Positions 15,344 through 24,039 of a stretch of DNA of 43,632 bases are shown here, one piece after another. Origin of the DNA: Lentisphaeria bacterium (lineage in GTDB: Bacteria > Verrucomicrobiota > Lentisphaeria > Oligosphaerales > Oligosphaeraceae); contig JAPXLT010000001.1 in assembly GCA_033809415.1 (NCBI GenBank), forward strand, positions 1-43,632, written 5' to 3'. The notes beneath the pieces were generated by a model that was given only the letters and a program-made list of their open reading frames with translations, searched no databases and had not been told where the DNA came from. Every line of letters begins with the position of its first letter. Position 1 is the stretch's first letter. The translations under genes and the position numbers were made by a program.

Positions 15344-18331
15344 TTAATTTGACAGAATTCCGGTCATGGCGAGAATTACGGGGATGGCAGCACCCCCATT
15401 TTCAGTTTTGAAGCGTAATTCCTTTACACGTGCCATGGCACCCTTGGGATGCCCAAGGGTGATTTCTTTGTGAAAGATTGCTACCTCACACAAGGCATTT
15501 TGACTAAGCATTGCAATGTCAACCTTAGACTGGCCGTAACTATACCAATCGGCAATGTCACGATTCAGAAGCATGGGGATAGTTTCATTCCAGCCATCGT
15601 CATAGATAATTTCGAGTTGGTAGACGGGCTTGTCAGCAGGGTGCAGATAAGCGTACGTGCAGAGATGCAGGATGTGTATTTTGGCCAGGCGTGGTAATTC
15701 TGGCAGCGGCAATGCGGCGGAACTGGGAAAATAGGGTCTTTCATAACCATTCAGCACAAGGATGGATGTTCCATTATTTTCCTCTGGATTAGTGATGTGG
15801 TATGGAATGCCTTGGATTTTCAAATCGCCTAGCGGCAGCTGGCGTAAATCATTGCTACCTTCGTCGGTAAAACCGCCTGCTTGATCGCCGGCAACTTCAT
15901 CGCGCAGACTACGATTGGCGATACCACGGAGAGGAATCTGATAATAATAGGAGGACCAATCCTGGGCACTGGCGCGTTGTACACCGCCCGGCAGAGATTC
16001 TTTTGCGCGATCAATATCGCCTGAAATATTGGCATGCCATTCTGCCCCCGGTCTTGTTTCCCCTGAAAATTCGAGAAAGACTGGTTCCGGATCCACTTGT
16101 AAATCACCAGCGGCAGTTCGCAAGAGATTGCCCATGAAGTCATAAATACGCAGTTGACTGATCGTATCCGGTAATCGAATCGAGACTTTTTCGTTCTGGC
16201 GGATTTGTTCCAGCCAAATCGTTGCCACCCATTGGTCTTGTTTGCGGAACTGATAAATTTTCACCCTGGGATGCGGCTGGTCACGGTGGATCAATCGAGC
16301 GCCTTCCAAACGCCGGTGAATGGCTGCCATTGCGACTGCTATGGGCAGTGGGCTGCCATCAAATTCAGTAATATGACAAGAATACGTTGGACTGGCATTA
16401 AACAAGTGGAAGAAATATTTCACTTGATGTGCATAATGTATTGCCAAAACCCGGCTGAATGCCGCTGCCTGCTCGTAGAGTGCAACCTTCAGGACACCTT
16501 CGTGTCTTTCAATCTTGCGCAAGTTTTCCGGCAATCGGTAAAGCGTTCCCGTCATGCCTGTTGAACTTTCCGAATCCCAGATTGGCAGATCGGGTCTTCC
16601 GTATTCAGCACACAACTTCCGCAGATGCAAAATCCATTCTTTAAATGTCTTCTCTGTATTTACGGACAATCGATCCGAAAAGCAATATTGATGAAACGAC
16701 AAGACATCCATGTACTGGATTCCGCCAGATTCAAAAACTTTCCGGAAAAACTTATCCCCCATGGAGATGGGCGGCCCACAGATGCCGACAGTTTTGCTTC
16801 CGGGGGCAATCTGCTTTATTAGTTGATCGCTTATTTTCAACAGTTCGAAGTATCTCTGTGGGTGATCACGGAAAGTGTAGTATGGTTCATTAAAAACTTC
16901 AAAATATGTAACCTTGTCTTTCAGATGCCCGACCAGCGCGGGCAGATATTTTTCAGACCACCATTGCATGAAGTCTGCATATTGTTGATCTGTCATGGCA
17001 TTGATATTCTGATAGGACATTATGCTTCCCAGGGTTTGCATGCCAGCCTTCTCATCCAGATGCAGGCCGCGATCTAAATAGTCCCGATCAAGTTTATCAT
17101 CCTTGAAGATGCGTTCGGCTTCGCTGCTGACATAACCACAATGCCAGCGATGCCAGGTTAGTCCACAGACCTCAGCCAGCTCAAACAGGCCATCTTGGAC
17201 GCCGGAGGCACCAAGGATACCGTCTTTGATGGGATGCTCGGGAAGAGGCGGGAAAACAGCAAAAAGGGCTTCGCGCTTGCATTCGAATTCATCCGTAACC
17301 TCTAAGCGGTAACAGCCATTTTTCGGCATGTTGAATACAAAATCATATTTTTCAGCTTCCGCATTCAGCCTGACCGTGCCTTGTTCAATGAGTCGTTCCG
17401 ACTCATTTTTCAGTTGCCAATGGTAAGTGGCTTCATGAGCTGATTTTTTTTGCAGGGTAATCCGCATCGCCTCCCCGGCGGTGACAAAAGATTTTGGAAA
17501 TTGTTTCTTCCCAGGCTCCCGCAGTGGAAAAAGCTCACGAACCAGCTCGAAATTTTTGTGTCCAAGCTGCTTTTCATTAAGTTTCGCTTGGCTTTCGACT
17601 TTATTCGCGGAGGCTTGCCCCGTTCCAGGCGATAATGCATCTGGGATGTTCAGCATTTTATCAAACGCAAGGCTAAGTCCCCATTGAATGTCACGGTCGT
17701 CCTTTTCGAAATGATAGGAAGTAATGATGCGGATGCCATCATGGTATTTTTGAACAAAAACGCCCCAAACTTGATCCGGGCTCCAGATCTTGACATCGAA
17801 GCACAGTTTATGCAGCCCCTCAACCACGATACTTCCTGATTTCCTGAGACTGCCTAAATGCTGTTGGTGCTTGGCATCGCTTTTGAAAACACCTGTTTGT
17901 TCCCCGTTGACAAAAATCTTGGCGTTCTCTTTTAAGACAGTGCCTGGGAGAATAAAGCCCAATTCACCGGCACCGCCCGGACTTTGTAATACTTTGAGGT
18001 GCCAAGTGCTGATAATGCCGTTTTCACTGACATGATGCTGAATGGTCAAATTCCCGTTTTCCCTTTGGTAGGTAAACTTGCGCCCGATAAAACCTTCAAG
18101 CGGTGCAGGGGTGAATACAGCTTTTTGCTGGAAAAAAGAATAGTAAGCATTGGTTTTCGTATTGCGGGCCCATACCCCGGTAATCAGACTGCGGACGATT
18201 TCCTCCTCCGCAAAATAAATTTTTTCGGGGGTAAAACTGTATTGCCCCTTGGTAAGGATGTCAAGTCCTGAGGCAGCCAACAAATTGCAAAAACAAACTG
18301 CAATCAGCATGAAGAGTTGTTTCATATCCAT
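15344..18331 (-). CDS. Secreted glycoside hydrolase-like protein (clan GH-A-type NEP motif), 995 aa
   Basis: Signal peptide MDMKQLFMLIAVCFCNLLAASG. VTYFEVFNEPYY is a typical acid/base NEP motif of (beta/alpha)8 clan GH-A enzymes. IWDSESS is a candidate nucleophile region. GC is visibly lower than in neighbouring genes. Confidence 0.6.
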   Translation of the reverse strand: MDMKQLFMLIAVCFCNLLAASGLDILTKGQYSFTPEKIYFAEEEIVRSLITGVWARNTKTNAYYSFFQQKAVFTPAPLEGFIGRKFTYQRENGNLTIQHHVSENGIISTWHLKVLQSPGGAGELGFILPGTVLKENAKIFVNGEQTGVFKSDAKHQQHLGSLRKSGSIVVEGLHKLCFDVKIWSPDQVWGVFVQKYHDGIRIITSYHFEKDDRDIQWGLSLAFDKMLNIPDALSPGTGQASANKVESQAKLNEKQLGHKNFELVRELFPLREPGKKQFPKSFVTAGEAMRITLQKKSAHEATYHWQLKNESERLIEQGTVRLNAEAEKYDFVFNMPKNGCYRLEVTDEFECKREALFAVFPPLPEHPIKDGILGASGVQDGLFELAEVCGLTWHRWHCGYVSSEAERIFKDDKLDRDYLDRGLHLDEKAGMQTLGSIMSYQNINAMTDQQYADFMQWWSEKYLPALVGHLKDKVTYFEVFNEPYYTFRDHPQRYFELLKISDQLIKQIAPGSKTVGICGPPISMGDKFFRKVFESGGIQYMDVLSFHQYCFSDRLSVNTEKTFKEWILHLRKLCAEYGRPDLPIWDSESSTGMTGTLYRLPENLRKIERHEGVLKVALYEQAAAFSRVLAIHYAHQVKYFFHLFNASPTYSCHITEFDGSPLPIAVAMAAIHRRLEGARLIHRDQPHPRVKIYQFRKQDQWVATIWLEQIRQNEKVSIRLPDTISQLRIYDFMGNLLRTAAGDLQVDPEPVFLEFSGETRPGAEWHANISGDIDRAKESLPGGVQRASAQDWSSYYYQIPLRGIANRSLRDEVAGDQAGGFTDEGSNDLRQLPLGDLKIQGIPYHITNPEENNGTSILVLNGYERPYFPSSAALPLPELPRLAKIHILHLCTYAYLHPADKPVYQLEIIYDDGWNETIPMLLNRDIADWYSYGQSKVDIAMLSQNALCEVAIFHKEITLGHPKGAMARVKELRFKTENGGAAIPVILAMTGILSN

Positions 18332-18337
18332 GATCTA

Positions 18338-19108
18338 TCACCTTTCTTGCCAGGCGGGTGTGAATTCCCCGTCGGTCTTGCTGTTGGTTGGGGCGTGTTT
18401 ACGCCATTTTGCGTGCCCGTCGGCAAAAAGCCAGTTCGCGCCTCCGCCATGCGCAGGAACCAGATGATTGCTGTACCAGAAAGTGCCGCCTTCCACACTC
18501 GAAGTAATAAAATATTCGTTGGTTCGCCCATACATGTTGACCTTGGCTTCGGTCAACAGAGCAGTGCGCGACGGGGCTTTCAAGCTTACGAGTCTCCGTG
18601 GATGTTTTATTGTATTGGTTGTGTGTGCGACGCCATCGTGATTGTAATGCTCCGTCCACCCGCCGGTCGTTGTAATATACGACATCAGAACACCATACGC
18701 ATCTTGGTTTTTCGGGATGGATTTGCAATCAAAGATGTTTTTCCCCCAGCGGTATCCTTTGTATGAGCCATAGAATTTCTCAGCAATTCCGATATGGGGG
18801 CAAAGTACATCGGGCCAACAGATGGTGTGTGGTCCACTTCCCCCGTTATAGCCGAAATAGATAAGCGGTAGATACTCATCACTTTCATTGGTATACGATA
18901 ACAGGGCTAGGTAAATTTGCTTTTGCTGCGACAAACAGTGGGATTTGTTGGCCGCCTCCCGCGCCTTGGACAGCGCCGGCAGCAGCATCGAGGCCAGGAT
19001 CGCTATGATGGCGATCACCACGAGAAGCTCTATCAGTGTGAAAAAACGACCTTTGCGCTGGATGGCATCTTGTGCCGAGCAAATGCTGGTTTGTGCTGTG
19101 AGCGTCAT
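18338..19108 (-). CDS. Prepilin-type N-terminal cleavage/methylation domain protein (pseudopilin-like, H-X9-DG type)
   Basis: Track ORF trimmed to ATG 19108, preceded by a [41 protein letters not shown]; C-terminal [12 protein letters not shown] (H-X9-DG). Its stop is 6 nt before the start of the downstream GH gene. Confidence 0.85.
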   Translation of the reverse strand: MTLTAQTSICSAQDAIQRKGRFFTLIELLVVIAIIAILASMLLPALSKAREAANKSHCLSQQKQIYLALLSYTNESDEYLPLIYFGYNGGSGPHTICWPDVLCPHIGIAEKFYGSYKGYRWGKNIFDCKSIPKNQDAYGVLMSYITTTGGWTEHYNHDGVAHTTNTIKHPRRLVSLKAPSRTALLTEAKVNMYGRTNEYFITSSVEGGTFWYSNHLVPAHGGGANWLFADGHAKWRKHAPTNSKTDGEFTPAWQER

Positions 19109-19213
19109 AACTGCTCCTCCTGTTTTTTGTATTGCGACTATCACTGGGAACATTGGAACCAATTTGGTACCTAACATAAACTGCAAATGAATTGTTGTCA
19201 AGTTTTTTTAGTA

Positions 19214-19276
19214 TTTTTTTTACCACGAAAGGCACGAAAATTTTTTCTAGGGTGTTGCTTTGACGGATGATCATGC
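19214..19276 (-). repeat. D element copy 7 (reverse)
   Basis: TTTTTTTTACCACGAAAGGCACGAAAATTTTTTCTAGGGTGTTGCTTTGACGGATGATCATGC. Confidence 0.85.
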
Positions 19277-19347
19277 TCTGGCGAAGTTCTTGTGTGCCAA
19301 GATTGGCTTTACGCAGTTGCGTCGGAGGCGATATGGAACGCCGGCAA

Positions 19348-19375
19348 CTTTTTTAACCACGAAAAACATGAAAAC
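19348..19375 (-). repeat. D element fragment, copy 8 (reverse)
   Basis: CTTTTTTAACCACGAAAAACATGAAAAC, on the 3' side of the tRNA gene. Confidence 0.7.
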
Positions 19376-19379
19376 AAGA

Positions 19380-19412
19380 AAGCCGCCTAACTCCTTGGAG
19401 TCAAGCGGCTTT
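19380..19412 (-). terminator. Candidate terminator stem-loop downstream of the tRNA
   Basis: On the minus strand: AAGCCGCTTGACTCC-aa-GGAGTTAGGCGGCTT, an imperfect 15-bp stem, followed by TCTTGTTTTCATGTTTTT. Confidence 0.45.
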
Positions 19413-19417
19413 GAAGA

Positions 19418-19494
19418 TGGTGGGCCCAGCTGGACTTGAACCAGCGACCCGGTGATTATGAGTCACCTGCTCTGACCGACTGAGCTATGGGCCC
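19418..19494 (-). tRNA. tRNA with anticodon CAT (elongator Met or lysidine-modified Ile2), CCA encoded
   Basis: The reverse complement folds as a canonical cloverleaf: GGGCCCA-TA-GCTC-AGTCGGTCA-GAGC-A-GGTGA-CTCATAA-TCACC-GGGTC-GCTGG-TTCAAGT-CCAGC-TGGGCCC-A-CCA. Position 1:72 is paired and there is no GGG/CCC in the anticodon stem, so it is not an initiator. C4:G69/C5:G68 and the T-arm resemble what I recall of E. coli ileX. Confidence 0.93.
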
Positions 19495-19533
19495 GAAGTA
19501 TCTAAAAATATAAGTCTTTATCAGCGGGAAGTC

Positions 19534-19576
19534 AAGCAACACCCCTATTTTTTCGTGTGGTTCGTGGTTAAAAAAA
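19534..19576 (+). repeat. D element fragment, copy 9 (forward)
   Basis: AAGCAACACCCCTATTTTTTCGTGTGGTTCGTGGTTAAAAAAA. Inverted relative to copy 8, so the two bracket the tRNA. Confidence 0.8.
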
Positions 19577-19589
19577 TGGGTTTTGGCTA

Positions 19590-21176
19590 TCAGCCTGCAG
19601 TGTGATGTTGTGCTATGTCCGCAAATCGGATGCCATAGTTGGCAAGATATCGGGCAAGCCTGTCAGCGTCGTTCCTGCTCTTCTTGGCAAGGCGTGATAC
19701 GGCAAACAGTTTTCGCCCCGCTTCAGACATGTTTCTGCTGCTCGCGCAGACATGCAGGACTTCCTTCAATTGAACAAGCTCAAATGCGTCATAACGCGAT
19801 GCGTAATCCGATCCGAGAAGACGTTCGAGAAAACGATCCTTGCCTGCAAGCGTTGTCGGACGGTTCCGTTGCCATTCAGCCCGGACGGTCGCCACGTCAA
19901 TCCGTCCTCCCGGAGCCAGGGTGCCCAAGCGGGTGATGATCGCGTTAAGCTCGCGGAAATTTCCATGCCAGTCATGCTGGTTGGCAAAATCAAGGAATAC
20001 CTGCCACGCCTCCTTGTTGAAGCTGATGTGCTGCCCATGCTTCCGCGAAAACTGCTCGAGTTCATATTCGATGTTTGGCTCGATATCCTCACGGCGCTCC
20101 GCCAGCCCAGGCAGGCGAAAACTCCATAGATTGATGCGCTGGAACAGGTCGTCACGAAATTTGCCTACCGAAACAGCCTCCGCCAGATTCCGGTTAGTGC
20201 CGCAGATCAATTGGAAGGAACTCCCAGTCTCCTGGTCGGAACCAAGGGGAAGAAAAGTCTTTTCCTCGATAGCACGAAGCAGCATGGCTTGTTCATCCGT
20301 TCCAAGCTCCGCAATTTCATCCAGAAACAAGATGCCGCCATCCGCAGTTTTTAGCAGGCCTGGGCGGTCCTTCACCGCTCCGGTGAAGGCGCCACGGGTA
20401 TGCCCGAACAGCGTTGCCATGGCATGGTCCCCACGCAATGTGGCGCAGTTCACATCGACAAAGTTCCCTGATACCTGACGGTTCAGTTTCTTCAATTCGT
20501 AGATTTTGCGCGCAAGATGGGATTTGCCGGCACCGGTAGGTCCTGTCAGAAGAATCGGCTCCCGGGAACGGACGGCTACACGCTCGATCGTCTCGATCAG
20601 GGCGTTGAATCCAGGGTTTCGTGTTTCGATGCCGGATTTAAGGAATGCCAGATCATTCTGGCGCTCCACCGCAAAGCGCTTTGCCAGCAGATCATACCGG
20701 GACAGGTCCAAGTCAATGATTGTATATTTCCCCTGGGCGGGATTGCTGCCATGCGACGGTTGCGTCTGAATCAACTTCCCTGGAAGATGATGCGATTCAT
20801 TCAACAAAAACAGGCATATCTGCGCAACGTGCGTGCCGGTCGTGATATGGATGTAGTAGTTGTTCTCCTCAGGGATGAATTTCTGAAGGCGGCTGAAGTC
20901 GTACAACTTGCCATAGACCTCCTCGAAATCCCATGGGTCGCGCAGCTCCAAGAGCTCGGGAATAACTGTGGTGTCAGGAGAACATGCCAGGATGTCCTTC
21001 GCAATGACATCAAACAAACCCTGGAAACGCTCCTGATACCAAATGTGAAATTCATCAAAATGAAGATCATCCTGCATCGCTAATGCAATGGATGGACGCC
21101 AGAAAGCCCAGCGCGTGCTTTCACGGCGATGGCTGTCAAGAGTCGTCCCTAAAAATGAGTAAATGATGTTCTTCAT
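19590..21176 (-). CDS. rtcR: Sigma-54-dependent transcriptional regulator RtcR (CARF-like N-domain, AAA+ and HTH)
   Basis: 528 aa. Collinear with E. coli RtcR as I recall it: NPWDFEEVY, IHITTGTHVAQIC, IIDLDLSRY, GPTGAGKSHLAR, GAFTGA, NFRELN, NDADRLARYL. Confidence 0.9.
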   Translation of the reverse strand: MKNIIYSFLGTTLDSHRRESTRWAFWRPSIALAMQDDLHFDEFHIWYQERFQGLFDVIAKDILACSPDTTVIPELLELRDPWDFEEVYGKLYDFSRLQKFIPEENNYYIHITTGTHVAQICLFLLNESHHLPGKLIQTQPSHGSNPAQGKYTIIDLDLSRYDLLAKRFAVERQNDLAFLKSGIETRNPGFNALIETIERVAVRSREPILLTGPTGAGKSHLARKIYELKKLNRQVSGNFVDVNCATLRGDHAMATLFGHTRGAFTGAVKDRPGLLKTADGGILFLDEIAELGTDEQAMLLRAIEEKTFLPLGSDQETGSSFQLICGTNRNLAEAVSVGKFRDDLFQRINLWSFRLPGLAERREDIEPNIEYELEQFSRKHGQHISFNKEAWQVFLDFANQHDWHGNFRELNAIITRLGTLAPGGRIDVATVRAEWQRNRPTTLAGKDRFLERLLGSDYASRYDAFELVQLKEVLHVCASSRNMSEAGRKLFAVSRLAKKSRNDADRLARYLANYGIRFADIAQHHTAG

Positions 21177-21303
21177 TTTTTCTTCATTTTTCTAATGTTT
21201 TAGATTATTTTCTAAATAATATATCATTACTTACCTCTTGTGCCAATTCCTTTTTCTGCAAGGTTGGCGGGAAAACCCGGTTTCGAGTTTGCAAACTTGA
21301 AGT

Positions 21304-21319
21304 TGGCATCTATGTTGCT
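21304..21319 (+). promoter_or_regulatory. Sigma-54 (-24/-12) promoter for rtcA-rtcB
   Basis: TGGCATCTATGTTGCT has the exact spacing of TGGCACG-N4-TTGCW. It lies 39 nt upstream of the rtcA ATG, with an AGGAG RBS in between, in the gap divergent from rtcR. Confidence 0.8.
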
Positions 21320-21357
21320 ATAGACTCGATTCAGGTACTTTTTTACAGGAGCAGATA

Positions 21358-22377
21358 ATGACAAGCATTGACGGTTCTTTTGGCGAAGGCGGCGGGCAGA
21401 TCCTTCGCACTTCGCTTAGCCTGGCAGCAATAACAGGAAAGCCAATGCATATTAAGAATATCCGCGCCAACCGCAAGAAGCCCGGCCTGATGCGTCAGCA
21501 TCTTGCCTGTGCAAAGGCAGTGGCGGAAATCTGCCGCGGCGAACTCGAGGGCGCGGAGTTGAATTCCCAGGCGTTGACCTTGAAGCCAGGCAGGATTCAT
21601 GGAGGCGACTACCGCTTCGTTATCGGAAGCGCGGGCAATACGCTTCTGCTGGCGCAGGCGGTACTGCCAGTGCTCCTGTTCGCGGATAGCCCATCCCGGG
21701 TTGTGCTGCAAGGCGGCACATATACCATGCAGGCACCGGTCTTCGACTTCTTCGAGCGCGTTTATCTGCCTTGCCTGCATAAAATGGGGTTGGAGGTGGA
21801 GGGCACCATGGAACGCGCCGGTTTCTATCCTGCCGGAGGCGGCAGGGTCGTATTGTTCGTAAAGCCCGCCCGGGTCTGGAGGCAGCTTTCGCTCATCGAG
21901 CGCGGGGAGCTTCAGGAAGCACGGGTGACTGCCATTGGCAGCGGTCTGGATCAATCTATCCTCACGGATGAGCTGAAGATTTTCCAGGCCGGGCTGGCAG
22001 GCGCGTTGCCCTGGCAGGCGTTTGCCAGGAATGTCGAATCCGACGGCCCCGGCAACGTGCTTTTTGCCGAACTCGCATACGAAAATCTGACAGAGCTTTT
22101 CAGCGTTTGCGGGAGGTATGGCCTATCCAGAAAAAGTGTGGCCAAAAGTGCCATCAGCCATGTCAAGCAATACCTCGGACAGGGCTGGGTGGTAGGACAA
22201 TTCCTGGCGGATCAGCTGATGTTGCCCCTGGCTCTGGGAGCAGGAGGAAATTATCTGACAGGTCCCCCGACTCTGCACGCCGAAAGCAACCGTCAGGTCA
22301 TTAGGAAATTCCTGGATGTGAAAGTGGAATTCAAGAATATAACAGACAATCTTTGTGAAATGGAGGTGCAAAAATGA
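21358..22377 (+). CDS. rtcA: RNA 3'-terminal phosphate cyclase
   Basis: IDGSFGEGGGQILRTSLSLAAITGKPMHIKNIRANRKKPGLMRQHL, GGDYRFVIGSAGN, FYPAGGG and the LHAESN histidine region are collinear with E. coli RtcA. Confidence 0.92.
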   Translation: MTSIDGSFGEGGGQILRTSLSLAAITGKPMHIKNIRANRKKPGLMRQHLACAKAVAEICRGELEGAELNSQALTLKPGRIHGGDYRFVIGSAGNTLLLAQAVLPVLLFADSPSRVVLQGGTYTMQAPVFDFFERVYLPCLHKMGLEVEGTMERAGFYPAGGGRVVLFVKPARVWRQLSLIERGELQEARVTAIGSGLDQSILTDELKIFQAGLAGALPWQAFARNVESDGPGNVLFAELAYENLTELFSVCGRYGLSRKSVAKSAISHVKQYLGQGWVVGQFLADQLMLPLALGAGGNYLTGPPTLHAESNRQVIRKFLDVKVEFKNITDNLCEMEVQK

Positions 22378-23579
22378 AATGGATCAAGCAGGATGAAACC
22401 CTGCGTGTGCCCATCAAGAGCTGGTGTGAACCCATCGAGGAAGGGGCGTTGCAGCAGGCAATGGACCTGGCGCGCCACCCGGTCATCGAGCATCATGTGG
22501 CCCTGATGCCGGATTGCCACCTTGGTTACGGAATGCCGATCGGCGGCGTCATCGCAGTCAAAGATGCCATCTTGCCAAGTGCAGTCGGCGTGGATATCGG
22601 CTGCGGAATGGTCGCAGTCGAGACCAATCTTCCCGCAGAACGGCTCGCCAAAGTTACGGCGCGGCGTGCAATCCAGGAAAAGCTGAAGGCGCGAATTCCT
22701 GTCGGGGAAGGGGTGGCGCATCGGCAGAAACAGGAGTGGGAGGGCTTCGAACGCTACCTTGACGCCAACGGCACGGTCTGCGACTTCCCAAACGCTTTGG
22801 ACAGGCGCAACCTGGGTACGCTGGGCGGAGGGAACCACTTCATCGAACTGCAGAAATCAGACACCGGCTTTATCTGGCTGATGATCCATTCCGGAAGCCG
22901 CAACCTGGGGCAGCGGGTGGAAAAGCATTACCAGGCGAAGGCCAAGAAACTCAATGAGGCATTCAAAGCCAAGCTGCCTAATCCGGTACTGGCGTTCCTC
23001 CCCATGGAAACCAAGGAAGGAAAGGACTATTTCCGTGACATGACATTCGCCTTGGAATATGCGCTGGAAAACCGCCGCCGAATGATGATCATCTTCAAGG
23101 AAATCCTGCTCGAAACAGTCCCGGAAACGGAATTCCTGCAGGAAGTCAATATCCACCATAACTACGCTGCGCTGGAATCGCATTTCGGACAGAATCTATA
23201 CATCCACCGCAAAGGTGCAACCAGTGCAAAAAAAGATGAAATAGGAATCATCCCAGGCTCCATGGGAACGGCAAGCTACATCGTTCGGGGACTGGGCAAT
23301 CCAGAGTCGTTCATGAGCTGCTCGCATGGCGCAGGACGAACGATGAGCCGCACGGCAGCAAGCGCAAACCTGACCGTCGAGGAGTGCAACGCGGCAATGG
23401 AGGGAATCGTCTTCGAGCGTTGGAGCAAGTATAGGGGATTCGACAAGCGCCACAAGGGACGCCTCGATCTCTCCGAAGCACCACAGGCATATAAGCCAAT
23501 CGACGAAGTCATCGCTGCCGAAGCAGACCTGGTCGAACCAATTGTCCGACTGACGCCAATGGCAGTACTCAAAGGATAG
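22374..23579 (+). CDS. rtcB: RNA-splicing ligase RtcB
   Basis: ATGA overlap with rtcA. Motifs PDCHLGYGMPIGGV, DIGCGM, GGGNHFIE, HHNYA, GSMG and SCSHGAGR. Confidence 0.95.
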   Translation: MKWIKQDETLRVPIKSWCEPIEEGALQQAMDLARHPVIEHHVALMPDCHLGYGMPIGGVIAVKDAILPSAVGVDIGCGMVAVETNLPAERLAKVTARRAIQEKLKARIPVGEGVAHRQKQEWEGFERYLDANGTVCDFPNALDRRNLGTLGGGNHFIELQKSDTGFIWLMIHSGSRNLGQRVEKHYQAKAKKLNEAFKAKLPNPVLAFLPMETKEGKDYFRDMTFALEYALENRRRMMIIFKEILLETVPETEFLQEVNIHHNYAALESHFGQNLYIHRKGATSAKKDEIGIIPGSMGTASYIVRGLGNPESFMSCSHGAGRTMSRTAASANLTVEECNAAMEGIVFERWSKYRGFDKRHKGRLDLSEAPQAYKPIDEVIAAEADLVEPIVRLTPMAVLKG

Positions 23580-23582
23580 GGC

Positions 23583-23702
23583 AGGGTGCGGGGTGCGGGG
23601 TGCGGGGTGCGGGGTGCGGGGTGCGGGGTGCGGGGTGCGGGGTGCAGGGGGCAGGGGGCAGGGGGCAGGGGGCAGGGGGCAGGGGGCAGGGGGCAGGGGG
23701 CA
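23583..23702. repeat. Two adjoining G-rich heptamer arrays: (GGGGTGC)x8 then (GGGGGCA)x8
   Basis: Read directly. Sixteen G4-G5 tracts in about 120 nt, starting 4 nt after the rtcB stop codon. Confidence 0.95.
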
Positions 23703-23703
23703 G

Positions 23704-23767
23704 GTTTAAAAAGTGGCGCAACCGTCCCGGTTGTGATGGTGCCTTTAGTCTTTTCCCGCTGAATGAC
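23704..23767 (+). repeat. Module A' (forward)
   Basis: GTTTAAAAAGTGGCGCAACCGTCCCGGTTGTGATGGTGCCTTTAGTCTTTTCCCGCTGAATGAC. Near-identical to 70-133. Confidence 0.9.
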
Positions 23768-23795
23768 AGAGGCAGTGGTCAGTGGACAGTCTTCC

Positions 23796-24020
23796 GTCCA
23801 CAGCGTCCACAATGTTCACCCCGTCCACCCAGTCCACCCAGTCCACCCAGTCCACAGCGTCCACCCAGTCCACCCAGTCCACCCAGTCCACCCAGTCCAC
23901 AGCGTCCACCCAGTCCACCCAGTCCACCCAGTCCACAGCGTCCACCCAGTCCACCCAGTCCACCCAGTCCACCCAGTCCACCCAGTCCACCCAGTCCACC
24001 CAGTCCACCCAGGCCACAAT
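23796..24020. repeat. Tandem 9-mer array, 25 units (GTCCACCCA punctuated by GTCCACAGC)
   Basis: Unit-by-unit reading: AGC, AAT, a degenerate unit, CCAx3, AGC, CCAx4, AGC, CCAx3, AGC, CCAx8, then a degenerate end unit GGCCACAAT. Confidence 0.95.
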
Positions 24021-24039
24021 GTCTCTTCCGTATCCTATA

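Noticed and set aside
19276-19589. Searched around rtcR and the tRNA for an Rsr (Ro60) gene or Y-RNA-like element, as in the Salmonella rsr-yrlBA-rtcBA operon.
   Set aside because: There is no ORF with Ro/TROVE character. The only structured RNA gene is a fully canonical 77-nt tRNA with standard arms and encoded CCA, and the rest of the spacer is D fragments.
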